The notes under the pieces: generated by a model
Database searches by the model: none
Seen by the model: the letters and a program-made list of their open reading frames with translations, nothing else
What the model was told of the DNA's origin: nothing
Part shown: piece after piece, positions 43,792 through 53,467 of the stretch
How positions within the stretch are numbered: the first letter of the stretch is position 1
How the letters are laid out: the number at the start of each line of letters is the position of its first letter
Assembly: GCA_030698805.1 (NCBI GenBank)
Contig: JAUYMA010000004.1
Location: forward strand, 19,065-83,064
Length of the DNA stretch: 64,000 bases
Origin: Nanobdellota archaeon
GTDB taxonomy: Archaea; Nanobdellota; Nanobdellia; Pacearchaeales; GW2011-AR1
Reading direction: 5' to 3'
Program-made: the position numbers and the translations under genes

Positions 43792-45111
43792 CTATTGTAC
43801 TTTCATCAACCCTACATCTAAAACTTTCTTTAATTCTTCTATAAATACGGTCTCATGCTCTTTGGAAATAAGGCATCCTGCCGCATTTGGGTGCCCCCCC
43901 ACTTCGCCACCTAGTTGGATTACTACCTTATTTAAGACCTCTCTGACATTTCGGCCCTCTCTTCCAGAAATCCTAGCCGATACTTTTATCTTATCCTCAT
44001 TATACGCTAAGGCAATGATAATAGTGCCCTCTGAATAAACTGGGGAATGGGATATTATAGACGCGACTGTGCCGATAATAGTATCCTTAATATTGTTTCT
44101 CGCATTGATTATGAGATAATTGTTACCTAAAATTTTCTCTGATTCTTCTACATATTTCAAAGCGTACATCAAATGCTGTTTATATTCTATATAGATTCTC
44201 TCCGCTTCTTCCTTAGACTTCTTATTCCCCAAACAAAATCCCAAGGCAATATCTGAATAACCCATCCTGCTACAGGCGTTAATCAAGGCAGATATCTCCC
44301 TAGCATCTTCCAATTTATTAAAAAGTTTGACCAAATAAAGATTCCCAATGAATCCTCGAGTTTTATCTTCTCCCGCAAATTTGAGCATAATCGCGGTTAT
44401 CAGCGCCCTCATTTCTTCTTCGGTTAACTCGTAAAGGGCCTTGAATTTTCCATCTTTTCTTTCAATATTGGCATCTTTTAAAAGTTCCATAACTCCCTTA
44501 TGACTGCCAGTGACTCCAGGGATATAAGGATTAGAAGAATATTCTAATGCCCTGTCTAAAGGCCTTGTTGAAGGGTAAAGGAGTAAGCCTTTTTTTACCA
44601 CGCACTCTGCATCTTTAAGTATTTCATCATAAGTTTTGCTTAATTCTTTCTCTAATAAATCACCAACCATCCCTATAATTGCAAGACCTGCAAGATCTCT
44701 GTTTGCTACAGAAAGAGTTTTAGCAAAAAGATAACTTACTCCCGCTCCTGAAACCATGTCTCCTTTCTGTAATAAAGGATTCACCATAAAGACATTTTCT
44801 GGAATTTCTTGGATAATTTCATGATGGTCGAATATGAATACTTCGGTATTTTTTTTCTTCAAATGATCTAAACTTCCAGAAGCCAAATCTAGGAAAATAA
44901 GCACTTCTTTCTCGGAGAGATTGGCAATATAATTTTCATCCAGGCCCTTAACGACTTCCAATGAGAATTTCTTCCCCCACCTATGTAAGGCTCGGGAAAA
45001 AATAGCTGCTGAAGTAATCCCATCAGTATCAAAATGACTGATTACTCTTAAAGACTTAACCTTGCTTAATTGGTCGATTCTCTCGATTGCGGATTTAATT
45101 TTCTCTAACAT
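43792..45111 (-). CDS. DHH-family phosphoesterase (archaeal RecJ/GAN/Cdc45-like)
   Basis: SHFDTDGITSAAIFSRAL (motif I/II), FIFDHHE (DHH) and C-terminal DHHA1-like GGHPNAAG. Confidence 0.75.
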   Translation of the reverse strand: MLEKIKSAIERIDQLSKVKSLRVISHFDTDGITSAAIFSRALHRWGKKFSLEVVKGLDENYIANLSEKEVLIFLDLASGSLDHLKKKNTEVFIFDHHEIIQEIPENVFMVNPLLQKGDMVSGAGVSYLFAKTLSVANRDLAGLAIIGMVGDLLEKELSKTYDEILKDAECVVKKGLLLYPSTRPLDRALEYSSNPYIPGVTGSHKGVMELLKDANIERKDGKFKALYELTEEEMRALITAIMLKFAGEDKTRGFIGNLYLVKLFNKLEDAREISALINACSRMGYSDIALGFCLGNKKSKEEAERIYIEYKQHLMYALKYVEESEKILGNNYLIINARNNIKDTIIGTVASIISHSPVYSEGTIIIALAYNEDKIKVSARISGREGRNVREVLNKVVIQLGGEVGGHPNAAGCLISKEHETVFIEELKKVLDVGLMKVQ

Positions 45112-45209
45112 CTTTTTTATAAAAAATTTTAGTCTTGCAGCTTTTTAAGCTTAATTATAGATTATACTTTCAGTATTAGTATCCGGTAAGTTCATATTTT
45201 CAATTAAAA

Positions 45210-45548
45210 TTAATCCTTAACAAGCCAGAGCTTCTTAGTAAGTGATCTCTTAGCGCTATAATCATGATTATTATGAATAATATGTTTCTCAAGCTTGGCA
45301 ATCTTCTCTTTTACCATATCTTTCTTAGTTCTTGTAGAGACGCCTGCGTCTTTTAGTATTTGAGTGATCTTCTTTCCCACTAGACGGTCTTTAGGAACTC
45401 CATGTTTGTCCCTTAAAATTAACCCTATCTTTGCAGGTTGCTCCCCTTGCTTGCCTAAATCTACAATAATTTTTTCTATTTCTGCAGGCTTCAAGCTGGC
45501 CCATTGCTGTTTGTTTTCTTCAACATTCTCTTCTTTCTTTTCAACCAT
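45210..45548 (-). CDS. rps15: ribosomal protein S15 (uS15/S13e)
   Basis: ...IEKIIVDLGKQGEQPAKIGLILRDKHGVP...LEKHIIHNNHDYSAKRSLTKKL. Start trimmed to MVEKKEEN (ATG 45548). Confidence 0.9.
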   Translation of the reverse strand: MVEKKEENVEENKQQWASLKPAEIEKIIVDLGKQGEQPAKIGLILRDKHGVPKDRLVGKKITQILKDAGVSTRTKKDMVKEKIAKLEKHIIHNNHDYSAKRSLTKKLWLVKD

Positions 45549-45788
45549 GAATTTTCCTGGAAATCTAGTATTAAAAAGCTTGTGGTTGTGATTTTTTCTG
45601 GCAAAATTTAAAATCAAAAGCATGAACGTCTTTTCTGAACAGAAAATACGGCGGATTTTCTAAGACTCTTTGAAATAAGATAGATTCCTAAGAAAATAGC
45701 AAGTTTTAAAAAGCGTCTATTTCTGCTATCTTAACAGCGTATCCTTGTGCGAACTGGTAGGTCAAGGCTAGCTTATTTCCAGATTATA

Positions 45789-46118
45789 ATGAAATTACCT
45801 AAAGAAGTAAAAAGATATTGCCCGTACTGCAAGCAGCACACAGCTCAAGCTCTTTCAACACAAAAGCAGAGATCAAGATCATCCACTCATCCGCTTTCTA
45901 GAGGGGGAAAATCGAGAGTAGAAGCCAGGGGATTTAGAGTGGGATATGGAAATCAAGGTAGATATTCTAAGAAAGGAGTCAAAGATTATAAAATGAAGAC
46001 CAAAATCACCAAGAGGATCCCTATTTTATATAAATGTAAAATTTGTAATAAAACCAAAGGGATTAAAAAAGCAATTAGGTCTTCAAGAATAGAAATAGGA
46101 GAAAAAATATCCAGATAA
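45789..46118 (+). CDS. rpl44e: ribosomal protein L44e (eL42)
   Basis: MKLPKEVKRYCPYCKQHT...GYGNQGRYSKKG...YKCKICNKT zinc-ribbon pattern. Start moved to ATG 45789. Confidence 0.85.
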   Translation: MKLPKEVKRYCPYCKQHTAQALSTQKQRSRSSTHPLSRGGKSRVEARGFRVGYGNQGRYSKKGVKDYKMKTKITKRIPILYKCKICNKTKGIKKAIRSSRIEIGEKISR

Positions 46119-46119
46119 A

Positions 46120-46665
46120 ATGGCAAAGTCAAAAAAAATAGCTAAGAAAACCTTCTTTGATGTGAAAGCTCCAATAACTTCCGCGAAAATATCCTTATAC
46201 GCTTCCTCGCTAGAGGAGCTAGATGGTAAGATAATAACCCTAGATTTGACAAGAAGCCTGAGGGGAAAGAGCTTTGAATTAAAATTAAAAGTGAAAAAAG
46301 ACCAAGATTCCTTGACTTCAGAACCAATAGGTCTAGAATTAATGGGATCATATATCAGAAAGATGATCCGTGGAGGCACAGATTATGTAGAAGATTCTTT
46401 CAAGGTCGAATCAAAGGATGGATTAGTGATAGTTAAACCATTTATGATAACTAGAAAAAAGGTTTCTAGAGGAGTTAGAAATAAAATAAGAGAAGCAACG
46501 AAAAAGCACTTGGAATCTCACATTAAAACTCGCACAACAAAAGAACTATTCAACGAAGTCATAACGAATAAAATACAAAAAGACCTATCCCTAAAGATTA
46601 AAAAAATTTATCCTCTAGCTTTGTGTGAATTAAGAACATTGAAGATAGTTGAAGAAAAAAAGTAA
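46120..46665 (+). CDS. rps3ae: ribosomal protein S3Ae (eS1)
   Basis: KKTFFDVKAPITSAKISLYAS...GKIITLDLTRSLRGKSFELKLKV matches S3Ae. Starts 2 nt after the L44e stop. Confidence 0.9.
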   Translation: MAKSKKIAKKTFFDVKAPITSAKISLYASSLEELDGKIITLDLTRSLRGKSFELKLKVKKDQDSLTSEPIGLELMGSYIRKMIRGGTDYVEDSFKVESKDGLVIVKPFMITRKKVSRGVRNKIREATKKHLESHIKTRTTKELFNEVITNKIQKDLSLKIKKIYPLALCELRTLKIVEEKK

Positions 46666-46732
46666 TTCCACTGTAATTTTATATATTCTGGATTGTCAAA
46701 GATTTTAAAAGCTCCTTATTCTTAATGAAAGA

Positions 46733-46882
46733 ATGGAAGAGATAAAATCCTGCCAAAAATGCCAGGGTAAAAAGAGAATTATAGGAAAAGACGGAACAAT
46801 TAGGCCCTGTTGGGATTGCCTAAATTCTGGAGAAATGGACCAGCATTCCAAAAACCCTAAAGATTCCGGAATTCAAATATAA
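46733..46882 (+). CDS. small DnaJ-type CxxCxG zinc-finger protein (49 aa)
   Basis: Hand translation: MEEIKSCQKCQGKKRIIGKDGTIRPCWDCLNSGEMDQHSKNPKDSGIQI. Confidence 0.35.
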   Translation: MEEIKSCQKCQGKKRIIGKDGTIRPCWDCLNSGEMDQHSKNPKDSGIQI

Positions 46883-46968
46883 TTTATTGAAAAAGGAGGA
46901 ATTTCTATCCTCGTTATGAGAGTCATTATAACTAATATATTTATAAAGATCTTCAAATTAAAAAATGA

Positions 46969-49900
46969 ATGTGGGAAAAGAGGATTGTAATGTATTTTTT
47001 GTTCGCGATCTTTTTCATCAGCGGAGCCATGGCGCAGTCTCCAGACATAAACTTAAGCGAACTAAACGAGTTTATCCCCTATAGTTATATAATAGAATTC
47101 AAAGAACCCTCTATTCTAGAAAAAGAAGTTCTATTAGATGAACAGGTGGAAAGGATAAAAAAACAGAGCCAAATACTTACAGAGCAAGGGAGAGAAAGCC
47201 CGGCTAAGTTATTGAGTAATCAGGCAAGTCAAATCGAAGAGAAAAAGGAATCCATTATTGGGAAGCATCAGGAAGTATTGGAAGAAGAACACGAAAAAGC
47301 GCTAAGAGATATCCGAATAAAATTGGACAATAAAAATCCAACTATAAGTGGAAAAGTGGTTTATTCTTCTAAATTGTGGCTGGGAAATGTAATAAGAAGA
47401 TTCACCGGATACAATATTTATGATTATCCTACTGAGAAAATTTCTGAGAAAGAATATTACAGAGTCTTCAATGGAATAGTTCTAAATAATGTGTCTATAA
47501 ATGAGCTAGAAAAGATTAACAAATCAACCTATGTTTCTAGAATATATCCTAATATGAGGGTAAAATCTTTGATGGTCGATTCCATACATTTAGTAAATGC
47601 AAGTGTTTTATGGGAAAGAGACTCTCAAGGAGAGAGATGCGAAGATAGTGGAAAAGAATGTTTGACTGGAAAAGGAATAAAAATCGCTGTAATTGACACA
47701 GGTATAGATTATAGGCATCCGGATCTGGGAGGGTGTTTCGGAGAAGGATGCAAAGTTGAAGGAGGATATGATTTTGTCAATAGAGATTCTGACCCTCTTG
47801 ATGACCAAGGGCATGGAACGCATGTTGCAGGAACAATTTCGGCTAATAGAAAAGTCATAAAAGAAGGGGCAATATATATTACTCCTACATTGCATTGGGA
47901 ATTCAACAATTCTTTCGTCGATAACATTCAAGACATTGAAGGCAAGAATCAAGGAAATGTAACTTTTATCAATGAGGGATTTGGACTTAAGGGAATTGAA
48001 TTTAATAATGGATCGATCAGGATTAATTCAGATAGCCTCAATAAAAATTCTTTTACGATATCTGCGTGGGTTAAGCCTATGGACTCTAAACAGGGAGGCA
48101 TATTTGAAAAAACGATTGGAGAGAGAGTAAATAGTCAGTACCTTTTATTCATAGAAAATGGAAGATATTATTTTAGAATTGCGACCCCACAGGGGATAAG
48201 AAGTATTAGTTATCCGCTTTCTTCTCATAAATGGGAACATCTTGCAGGAGTCTATAATGGGTCCGCAATAAAGCTTTATCAAAATGGGATATTGGTCAAT
48301 TCTACAAAGGCAGGAAACATATTGACTGGATTAGGCCCTGCTTATATTGGAAAACTAGGAGGGGGAATATATCCTCTAAGAGGAAAAATAGATGAAGTTA
48401 TTTTTCATGATAGGGCTCTCTCTCAAAAGGAAATAATACTTTTGTCTGACTTGCAGGCAGAGAAATCTATAAATTCTGAATTAAAAATAGGAATTAAAGG
48501 AGTAGCTCCAGATTCAATTCTATATGCATATAAAGTTTTGGGAGCAGATGGAGGTGGAAATTTTGAAGATGTAATTTCTGGCATAGAAAGAGCAGTAGAC
48601 CCGAACAATGACTTTAATTTTAACGATTCTGTAGATATTATTAGCATGAGTCTGGGAGGCCCGGGCACTCCAGACGATCCGGTGAGTAAAGCTGCAGATA
48701 ATGCTGTTTCAAAGGGAGTTATTGTTGTTGTCGCGGCTGGAAATTCAGGCCCTTCTAAAGAGACAATTGGCTCTCCAGGAATGGCTAGAAAAGTTATAAC
48801 TGTGGGGGCGATAAATAAAAGTTATAGCTTGGCTTATTTCAGTTCACGTGGCCCAGTTTTATGGGGAGGGCAAGGATTAATAAAACCCGATATTTTAGCC
48901 CCGGGCGTTGCAATATACTCTACAACTCCAGAAGGGAAATATGAGGCTTTTAGTGGAACTTCCATGGCTACCCCTCATGTTGCAGGCATAGCTGCATTAA
49001 TGAAGCAAGCCCATAAGGATTGGGCTCCTGAAGAGATAAAGATGGCCTTAAAAGGGAATGCTATTAATGTAGAGAGTCTGAGCCCAAACGAACAAGGTAA
49101 CGGCATTATGAATGGATGGGCTAGCGTATATTCGCAAAAGCCAAGTAAAGTTTTCCTTTCAATTTCTAAAAAGAAAGGGGATTTAGAAATTAGCGCTGAA
49201 TTGCCAAAGGAGTTTACTGCTGAAAATATTGCCCTCTATTATTCTGAAGGTTATGGGGAAAAGGAATGGGCTGAAATGATATTAGAAGAAAAGGACTTAA
49301 AGAAAGGCAAATTATCAAAGAGTATTGATGCTTTCAAACTTAAAGACGGCCCTTATGCATTTAGAATAAAAACAAGGGAAGGTTCTTCTTTCGGCCAGGA
49401 TGATGCTATTATTTTCATTGATAATCTTAATATCTCTGGAATTGGCAATTATGAAATTTACAGGCCAGGGGAGATTAATAAAATTTACTTGAATATCGAA
49501 GCTTTAGAGCATACTTATAAAGATTTTAAGAATTATATTATAGAATATAGTCTTAACAATAGCAACCTTGAATGGAAAACCCAAGGGCTAATGTTATGTG
49601 AGCCTGGAGGAGAAGGAATCAGTTATGAAATGGTTGGCAATGACTTGTGTGAAAGAAGAAGAGGTTATGAAAGATTTTTCATATGGAACACTTCTGAAAT
49701 TGCTTCAGGAATTTATAATCTAAGGCTAAGAGTAAACTATACTCACTCACAAGTTGAAGAGCAGATTTCTTATATTTATTTTGATAAAGATTTGAAGGAA
49801 GGATGGCCTCAAAGGATATATGCTGGAAATTATAGCACTCATGCCGGAGATATAGTCCCAATTGTTTTTGATTTAGATAAGGATGGAGATCAGGAGATTA

Positions 49901-52194
49901 TAATAAATAAAGGGAGAAATGGATATGACCCTTACATGACTTTAGTTGTTTATCATGGAAACGGCTCAATATATTGGGAAAGAACCTTAGGAGAAGAATT
50001 TCTGAATGGAAGTTTTGGCACCTCTTTAAATGTTCTGCCCACGATAGGGGATTTGGATGGAGATAAAAGTCCAGATATTGTAGTGATGCTAGCAGACTAC
50101 ACCAAAGCTTCGGCTGAAGGGGGAAGAGTTTATGCAGTCAATGCCACAGGTAGCATAAAACCAGGATACCCTATAACTGTAGCAAATGATAGGTTGCCCC
50201 AGATAGTAGTAGCTGATTTGGATGGAGATAAAAGTGATGAGATTATAATCCAGACTAACTTCCTCTCAAATTCTGCATATCCTGAAGAAATAATTATTAT
50301 TAGTAATAAGTCCATAAAGAATAGATGGAATCTGCCTTACGGAAATTTAGGCAATGATGAAATGGTCCCTACCATTGGTAATTTTGATAGTGATGATGAT
50401 TTAGAAATTGTTTCTCTAAGAACTATCGGGTGGCCACCCACTACTGATTATTGGCAAGGGTATACAAATCTGCTTTTTGGTAGGACTACCACTAAAGGCG
50501 CGATCTACGTCTACAACCTAGATGGAAGCATAGTAGAAGGTTGGCCACTAGCAATGGGGGGCCCTACTGGCTTTTTCGCAACCCCCTCCATAGGAGATTT
50601 GGATGGAGACGGCACTTCAGAAATTATAGCAAGTTACATTAATTATTCTACAGGCACCTATGTAACTGCATATAAAAGAAATGGAGAGATAGTAGAGGGA
50701 TTTCCATTCCTTATTGAATTAATTGACTTGCCACCTTACACCGTAAAAGTAATAAGAAGTCCTGAAAAATCATTTACATTGAATGATCTAGATGGAGATA
50801 GAAAATTAGAGATTATATTTACTACAAGTGGGAGTTATGAAATAGGGTACCCTGTTTATGTCTTATATTCTAATGGGACGCTTATGAGCGGATGGCCAAA
50901 TGCTGCGGAAGGCGGAGCATATAAAAATTATGCGCCCACTATAGCTGATGTTGATGGAGATGGAAATCTAGATATATTGGCTACTGCAGGAAGTGTATTT
51001 CCGATAGCTAGATATGATCCTTACAGAGATAAACTCAACCTTTCACTTGAAGGAGGAATATGGGCCTGGCATTTAAACGGGACAAGAATAATGGGATATC
51101 CTAAGGGGTTGCATTACAATTCCTTTGCCCCCCCTACTATAGCTGATGTTGATGGAGATGGGCTAATGGACCTAATCGGCTCTTCCGCTTACGATTATGA
51201 CCTTATAAGGATGGAACCTAAAGGATATGGAAGTCTACATGTTTGGGAAACAAATGTAACTTATCCTCTATCACACGAACAATGGGGAATGTTCAGAAAA
51301 GATGCGGGAAGAACTGCTTGTTATGAATGCGAAAATAAAGATTTTGAGGGAACGACTCAATTAAGAGAATCTCAAGATGTGGAAGAAGAGTTTACAATTA
51401 AGAAAGGAGAAAGAGTTAAGCTTATTTTTAAAGAAACTGTGAATTTAACTAGGATAAAGAAAAATCCTGCTCTAATGAATAATATTATTTTATCCCAGAA
51501 TAAAGTTAGTATTAATACTGAAAGAGTTCCTGAATTAAATAAATCTGCAGAATTAACATTTAAGGATGTAAGGGTGAATGAACCTTATATATTGTATAAC
51601 AACCAATCTTGTCCTGCTGAGATTTGCACTTCCCAGTACAATTCTTCTAGTCGAATTCTGATTTTAAATGTGAATCATTTCTCAACTTTTGAAGTGATAG
51701 AGTCCCCAATATGTGGAGATGGAATTTGTCAGGCCGCAATAGAAGAGTCTTGTTCGAGTTGCTCTTTAGATTGTGGAGAATGCCTCTCTATAGGGGACAG
51801 CCCTCCTTCTTCAGGGAGAGGTAGTAGATCAAGTAGCAGAAGTGGAGAATTATGTATCCCAAATGAAAAATGCACCTTAGGGGCCTGTATTGATGAAATA
51901 CAAGTAAAAGAGTGTAGGGACCTCAATAATTGCGAGGGATCTTTAGTTACTCAAGAAAACTTAGGCTGTAACATTTTCTTCGAGCCTCTGAGCGAAGAAA
52001 TAGAAGGGGATAGCAAGCAAGAGGATACAACAGTTCTAGAAGGATGGGGAGAGATAGAAGAGAAGCCAAATATGTTAAATTATATAAAAATAGGAATTGC
52101 TGTAGGCATTGTGATGCTAATCGCAATTATTTTAATAATATATATAAAGAGAAAACAATCTCCTTCTATTTATCAAAACGATGCTGAAGAATAA
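46969..52194 (+). CDS. giant membrane-anchored subtilisin-like serine protease (S8) with LamG-like insertion, FG-GAP/VCBS repeat region and Cys-rich stalk
   Basis: Signal peptide. Catalytic Asp AVIDTGIDYRHPDL (codon at 47695), His HGTHVAGTISA (47812), Ser GTSMATPHVAGIAAL (48961). About 200 aa of LamG-like sequence between His and the SMSLGG oxyanion segment. Eight D-x-D-G-D repeats (49860-51240). CGDGICQ...CSSCSLDCGEC. C-terminal TM plus KRKQ. Confidence 0.85.
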   Translation: MWEKRIVMYFLFAIFFISGAMAQSPDINLSELNEFIPYSYIIEFKEPSILEKEVLLDEQVERIKKQSQILTEQGRESPAKLLSNQASQIEEKKESIIGKHQEVLEEEHEKALRDIRIKLDNKNPTISGKVVYSSKLWLGNVIRRFTGYNIYDYPTEKISEKEYYRVFNGIVLNNVSINELEKINKSTYVSRIYPNMRVKSLMVDSIHLVNASVLWERDSQGERCEDSGKECLTGKGIKIAVIDTGIDYRHPDLGGCFGEGCKVEGGYDFVNRDSDPLDDQGHGTHVAGTISANRKVIKEGAIYITPTLHWEFNNSFVDNIQDIEGKNQGNVTFINEGFGLKGIEFNNGSIRINSDSLNKNSFTISAWVKPMDSKQGGIFEKTIGERVNSQYLLFIENGRYYFRIATPQGIRSISYPLSSHKWEHLAGVYNGSAIKLYQNGILVNSTKAGNILTGLGPAYIGKLGGGIYPLRGKIDEVIFHDRALSQKEIILLSDLQAEKSINSELKIGIKGVAPDSILYAYKVLGADGGGNFEDVISGIERAVDPNNDFNFNDSVDIISMSLGGPGTPDDPVSKAADNAVSKGVIVVVAAGNSGPSKETIGSPGMARKVITVGAINKSYSLAYFSSRGPVLWGGQGLIKPDILAPGVAIYSTTPEGKYEAFSGTSMATPHVAGIAALMKQAHKDWAPEEIKMALKGNAINVESLSPNEQGNGIMNGWASVYSQKPSKVFLSISKKKGDLEISAELPKEFTAENIALYYSEGYGEKEWAEMILEEKDLKKGKLSKSIDAFKLKDGPYAFRIKTREGSSFGQDDAIIFIDNLNISGIGNYEIYRPGEINKIYLNIEALEHTYKDFKNYIIEYSLNNSNLEWKTQGLMLCEPGGEGISYEMVGNDLCERRRGYERFFIWNTSEIASGIYNLRLRVNYTHSQVEEQISYIYFDKDLKEGWPQRIYAGNYSTHAGDIVPIVFDLDKDGDQEIIINKGRNGYDPYMTLVVYHGNGSIYWERTLGEEFLNGSFGTSLNVLPTIGDLDGDKSPDIVVMLADYTKASAEGGRVYAVNATGSIKPGYPITVANDRLPQIVVADLDGDKSDEIIIQTNFLSNSAYPEEIIIISNKSIKNRWNLPYGNLGNDEMVPTIGNFDSDDDLEIVSLRTIGWPPTTDYWQGYTNLLFGRTTTKGAIYVYNLDGSIVEGWPLAMGGPTGFFATPSIGDLDGDGTSEIIASYINYSTGTYVTAYKRNGEIVEGFPFLIELIDLPPYTVKVIRSPEKSFTLNDLDGDRKLEIIFTTSGSYEIGYPVYVLYSNGTLMSGWPNAAEGGAYKNYAPTIADVDGDGNLDILATAGSVFPIARYDPYRDKLNLSLEGGIWAWHLNGTRIMGYPKGLHYNSFAPPTIADVDGDGLMDLIGSSAYDYDLIRMEPKGYGSLHVWETNVTYPLSHEQWGMFRKDAGRTACYECENKDFEGTTQLRESQDVEEEFTIKKGERVKLIFKETVNLTRIKKNPALMNNIILSQNKVSINTERVPELNKSAELTFKDVRVNEPYILYNNQSCPAEICTSQYNSSSRILILNVNHFSTFEVIESPICGDGICQAAIEESCSSCSLDCGECLSIGDSPPSSGRGSRSSSRSGELCIPNEKCTLGACIDEIQVKECRDLNNCEGSLVTQENLGCNIFFEPLSEEIEGDSKQEDTTVLEGWGEIEEKPNMLNYIKIGIAVGIVMLIAIILIIYIKRKQSPSIYQNDAEE

Positions 52195-52202
52195 GAGTAA
52201 AA

Positions 52203-52275
52203 TAGCCCCACCCGGATTCGAACCGGGGTCCCAGGCGCCAAAGGCCTGTATCCTTGACCACTAGACTATGGGGCT
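52203..52275 (-). tRNA. tRNA-Gln (anticodon TTG)
   Basis: Reverse complement: acceptor AGCCCCA/TGGGGCT (A1-U72), anticodon stem CAGGC/GCCTG, loop CTTTGGC, T arm CCCGG-TTCGAAT-CCGGG, discriminator A. Confidence 0.9.
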
Positions 52276-52298
52276 GTATCTTTCTAATAATTAGGCCA

Positions 52299-52306
52299 TT
52301 TATAAG
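52299..52306 (-). promoter_or_regulatory. TATA-like box (CTTATAAA) at -31..-24 of tRNA-Gln
   Basis: Fixed spacing shared by all nine tRNA genes. Confidence 0.45.
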
Positions 52307-52348
52307 AGTTTTGCTAATATTTATTAACAATTTAATGCACAAGACATC

Positions 52349-52858
52349 ATGAAAATAGTCCTTTATATGGCAATGACTGTAAATGGCTACATTGCGGGAA
52401 AAGAAAATGAAACGCCTTGGTCCCAAGAAGAGTGGAGCTCCTATGCTGAAGCAGTAAAAAGGAGCAAAGCGATTATCATTGGCAGAAACACTTATGAGCT
52501 AATGCGAAGAGAAAAAGAATTTGAAAAAATAGGCAACCCTAGAACAATTGTAGTATCTAAAAAGATAAAATCCTCGGAAAAAAGCAATTTCGCTTTTGTT
52601 AATAATCCAAAAGAGGCAATCTCATTATTAGAAAAAGAGGATTATGAAGAAGTCCTAGTTGCTGGAGGAAGCAAATTGAATAGCTCCTTTATAAAAGAGA
52701 ATCTTATAGACGAAATATATCTAGATATTGAACCCCATCTTTTTGGAAATGGCATAAAACTTTTTACAGAAGATGATTTCTCCGCAGGGTTAGAATTAAT
52801 AAGCACAAAGCTAATCTCGAAAAACGAAATTCAGCTCCACTATAAGATAATTAAGTAA
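52349..52858 (+). CDS. dihydrofolate-reductase-like / RibD C-terminal domain reductase
   Basis: MKIVLYMAMTVNGYIAG...IIIGRNTYE...LVAGGSKLNSSFIKENLIDEIYLDIEPHLFGNG. Confidence 0.75.
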   Translation: MKIVLYMAMTVNGYIAGKENETPWSQEEWSSYAEAVKRSKAIIIGRNTYELMRREKEFEKIGNPRTIVVSKKIKSSEKSNFAFVNNPKEAISLLEKEDYEEVLVAGGSKLNSSFIKENLIDEIYLDIEPHLFGNGIKLFTEDDFSAGLELISTKLISKNEIQLHYKIIK

Positions 52859-53467
52859 TTAATAAGCCTGCTTATACCTTCCTCTTTTCTCAACTTTCTC
52901 AAATCTTTTCATTACTTCATTCCAACCTTTAGAAACTTTATATCCCTGTAAAACTGCATCAAAATATCTATCAAAATACTTAAAATGTTTAGCTTCCAAA
53001 GCCTGTTTAATTAAATGCAAATCAACAGCTTTGTCTTCGGCATTGTGAGATTCAAAGCCTAATCCAAAATCAATAAAGTAAACGCTCTCTTCTTTCAGGA
53101 TCATATTAGAAGTAGTGAGATCTCCATGAATAATTCCAGAATCATGTAGTTTAGCGATATTTTCCCCAATTTTTCTGCATATTTCTACTGCGTTTCTCAA
53201 ACCATCTAGAGATTCTGACAATTTCTTTCCTTTAATGAACTCCATCTGAATAATCTTCTCCTTTTCATTTAGTTTAATCAACTGAGGAGAATTTATTATT
53301 TTTCCAGCTTTTTCTAATAGCTTTGCTTCTTTTCTTGTCCTTTGTTTCCTCAATTTCTCATCTAGTTCTAGCAACCGGTAACCTTTCATTATCCTATCTT
53401 TAGTAAGAGTTTTACCTTTTTTATACAATATAGCTTCCGCGCCTTGCGCTATTATTTTTTGTTTCAT
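52859..53467 (-). CDS. bud32: Bud32/PRPK-type small protein kinase (KEOPS subunit)
   Basis: 202 aa. QGAEAILYK (degenerate G-loop), catalytic IIHGDLTTSNMIL, IDFGLG. Confidence 0.85.
   Translation of the reverse strand: MKQKIIAQGAEAILYKKGKTLTKDRIMKGYRLLELDEKLRKQRTRKEAKLLEKAGKIINSPQLIKLNEKEKIIQMEFIKGKKLSESLDGLRNAVEICRKIGENIAKLHDSGIIHGDLTTSNMILKEESVYFIDFGLGFESHNAEDKAVDLHLIKQALEAKHFKYFDRYFDAVLQGYKVSKGWNEVMKRFEKVEKRGRYKQAY

Noticed and set aside
47608-51926. Minus-strand track ORFs inside the subtilase gene (47608-47952, 47709-47927, 48423-48668, 49679-49861, 50130-50315, 51729-51926).
   Set aside because: They are antisense to a gene with an unambiguous catalytic triad and repeat architecture, so they are treated as spurious.
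26125-52194. Diversity-generating retroelement targeting the giant surface proteins (DGRs are known in DPANN-type archaea).
   Set aside because: No reverse transcriptase ORF is present in the window. I could not see a template/variable repeat pair by eye. A systematic near-repeat search with A-to-N mismatches would be needed to exclude it fully.
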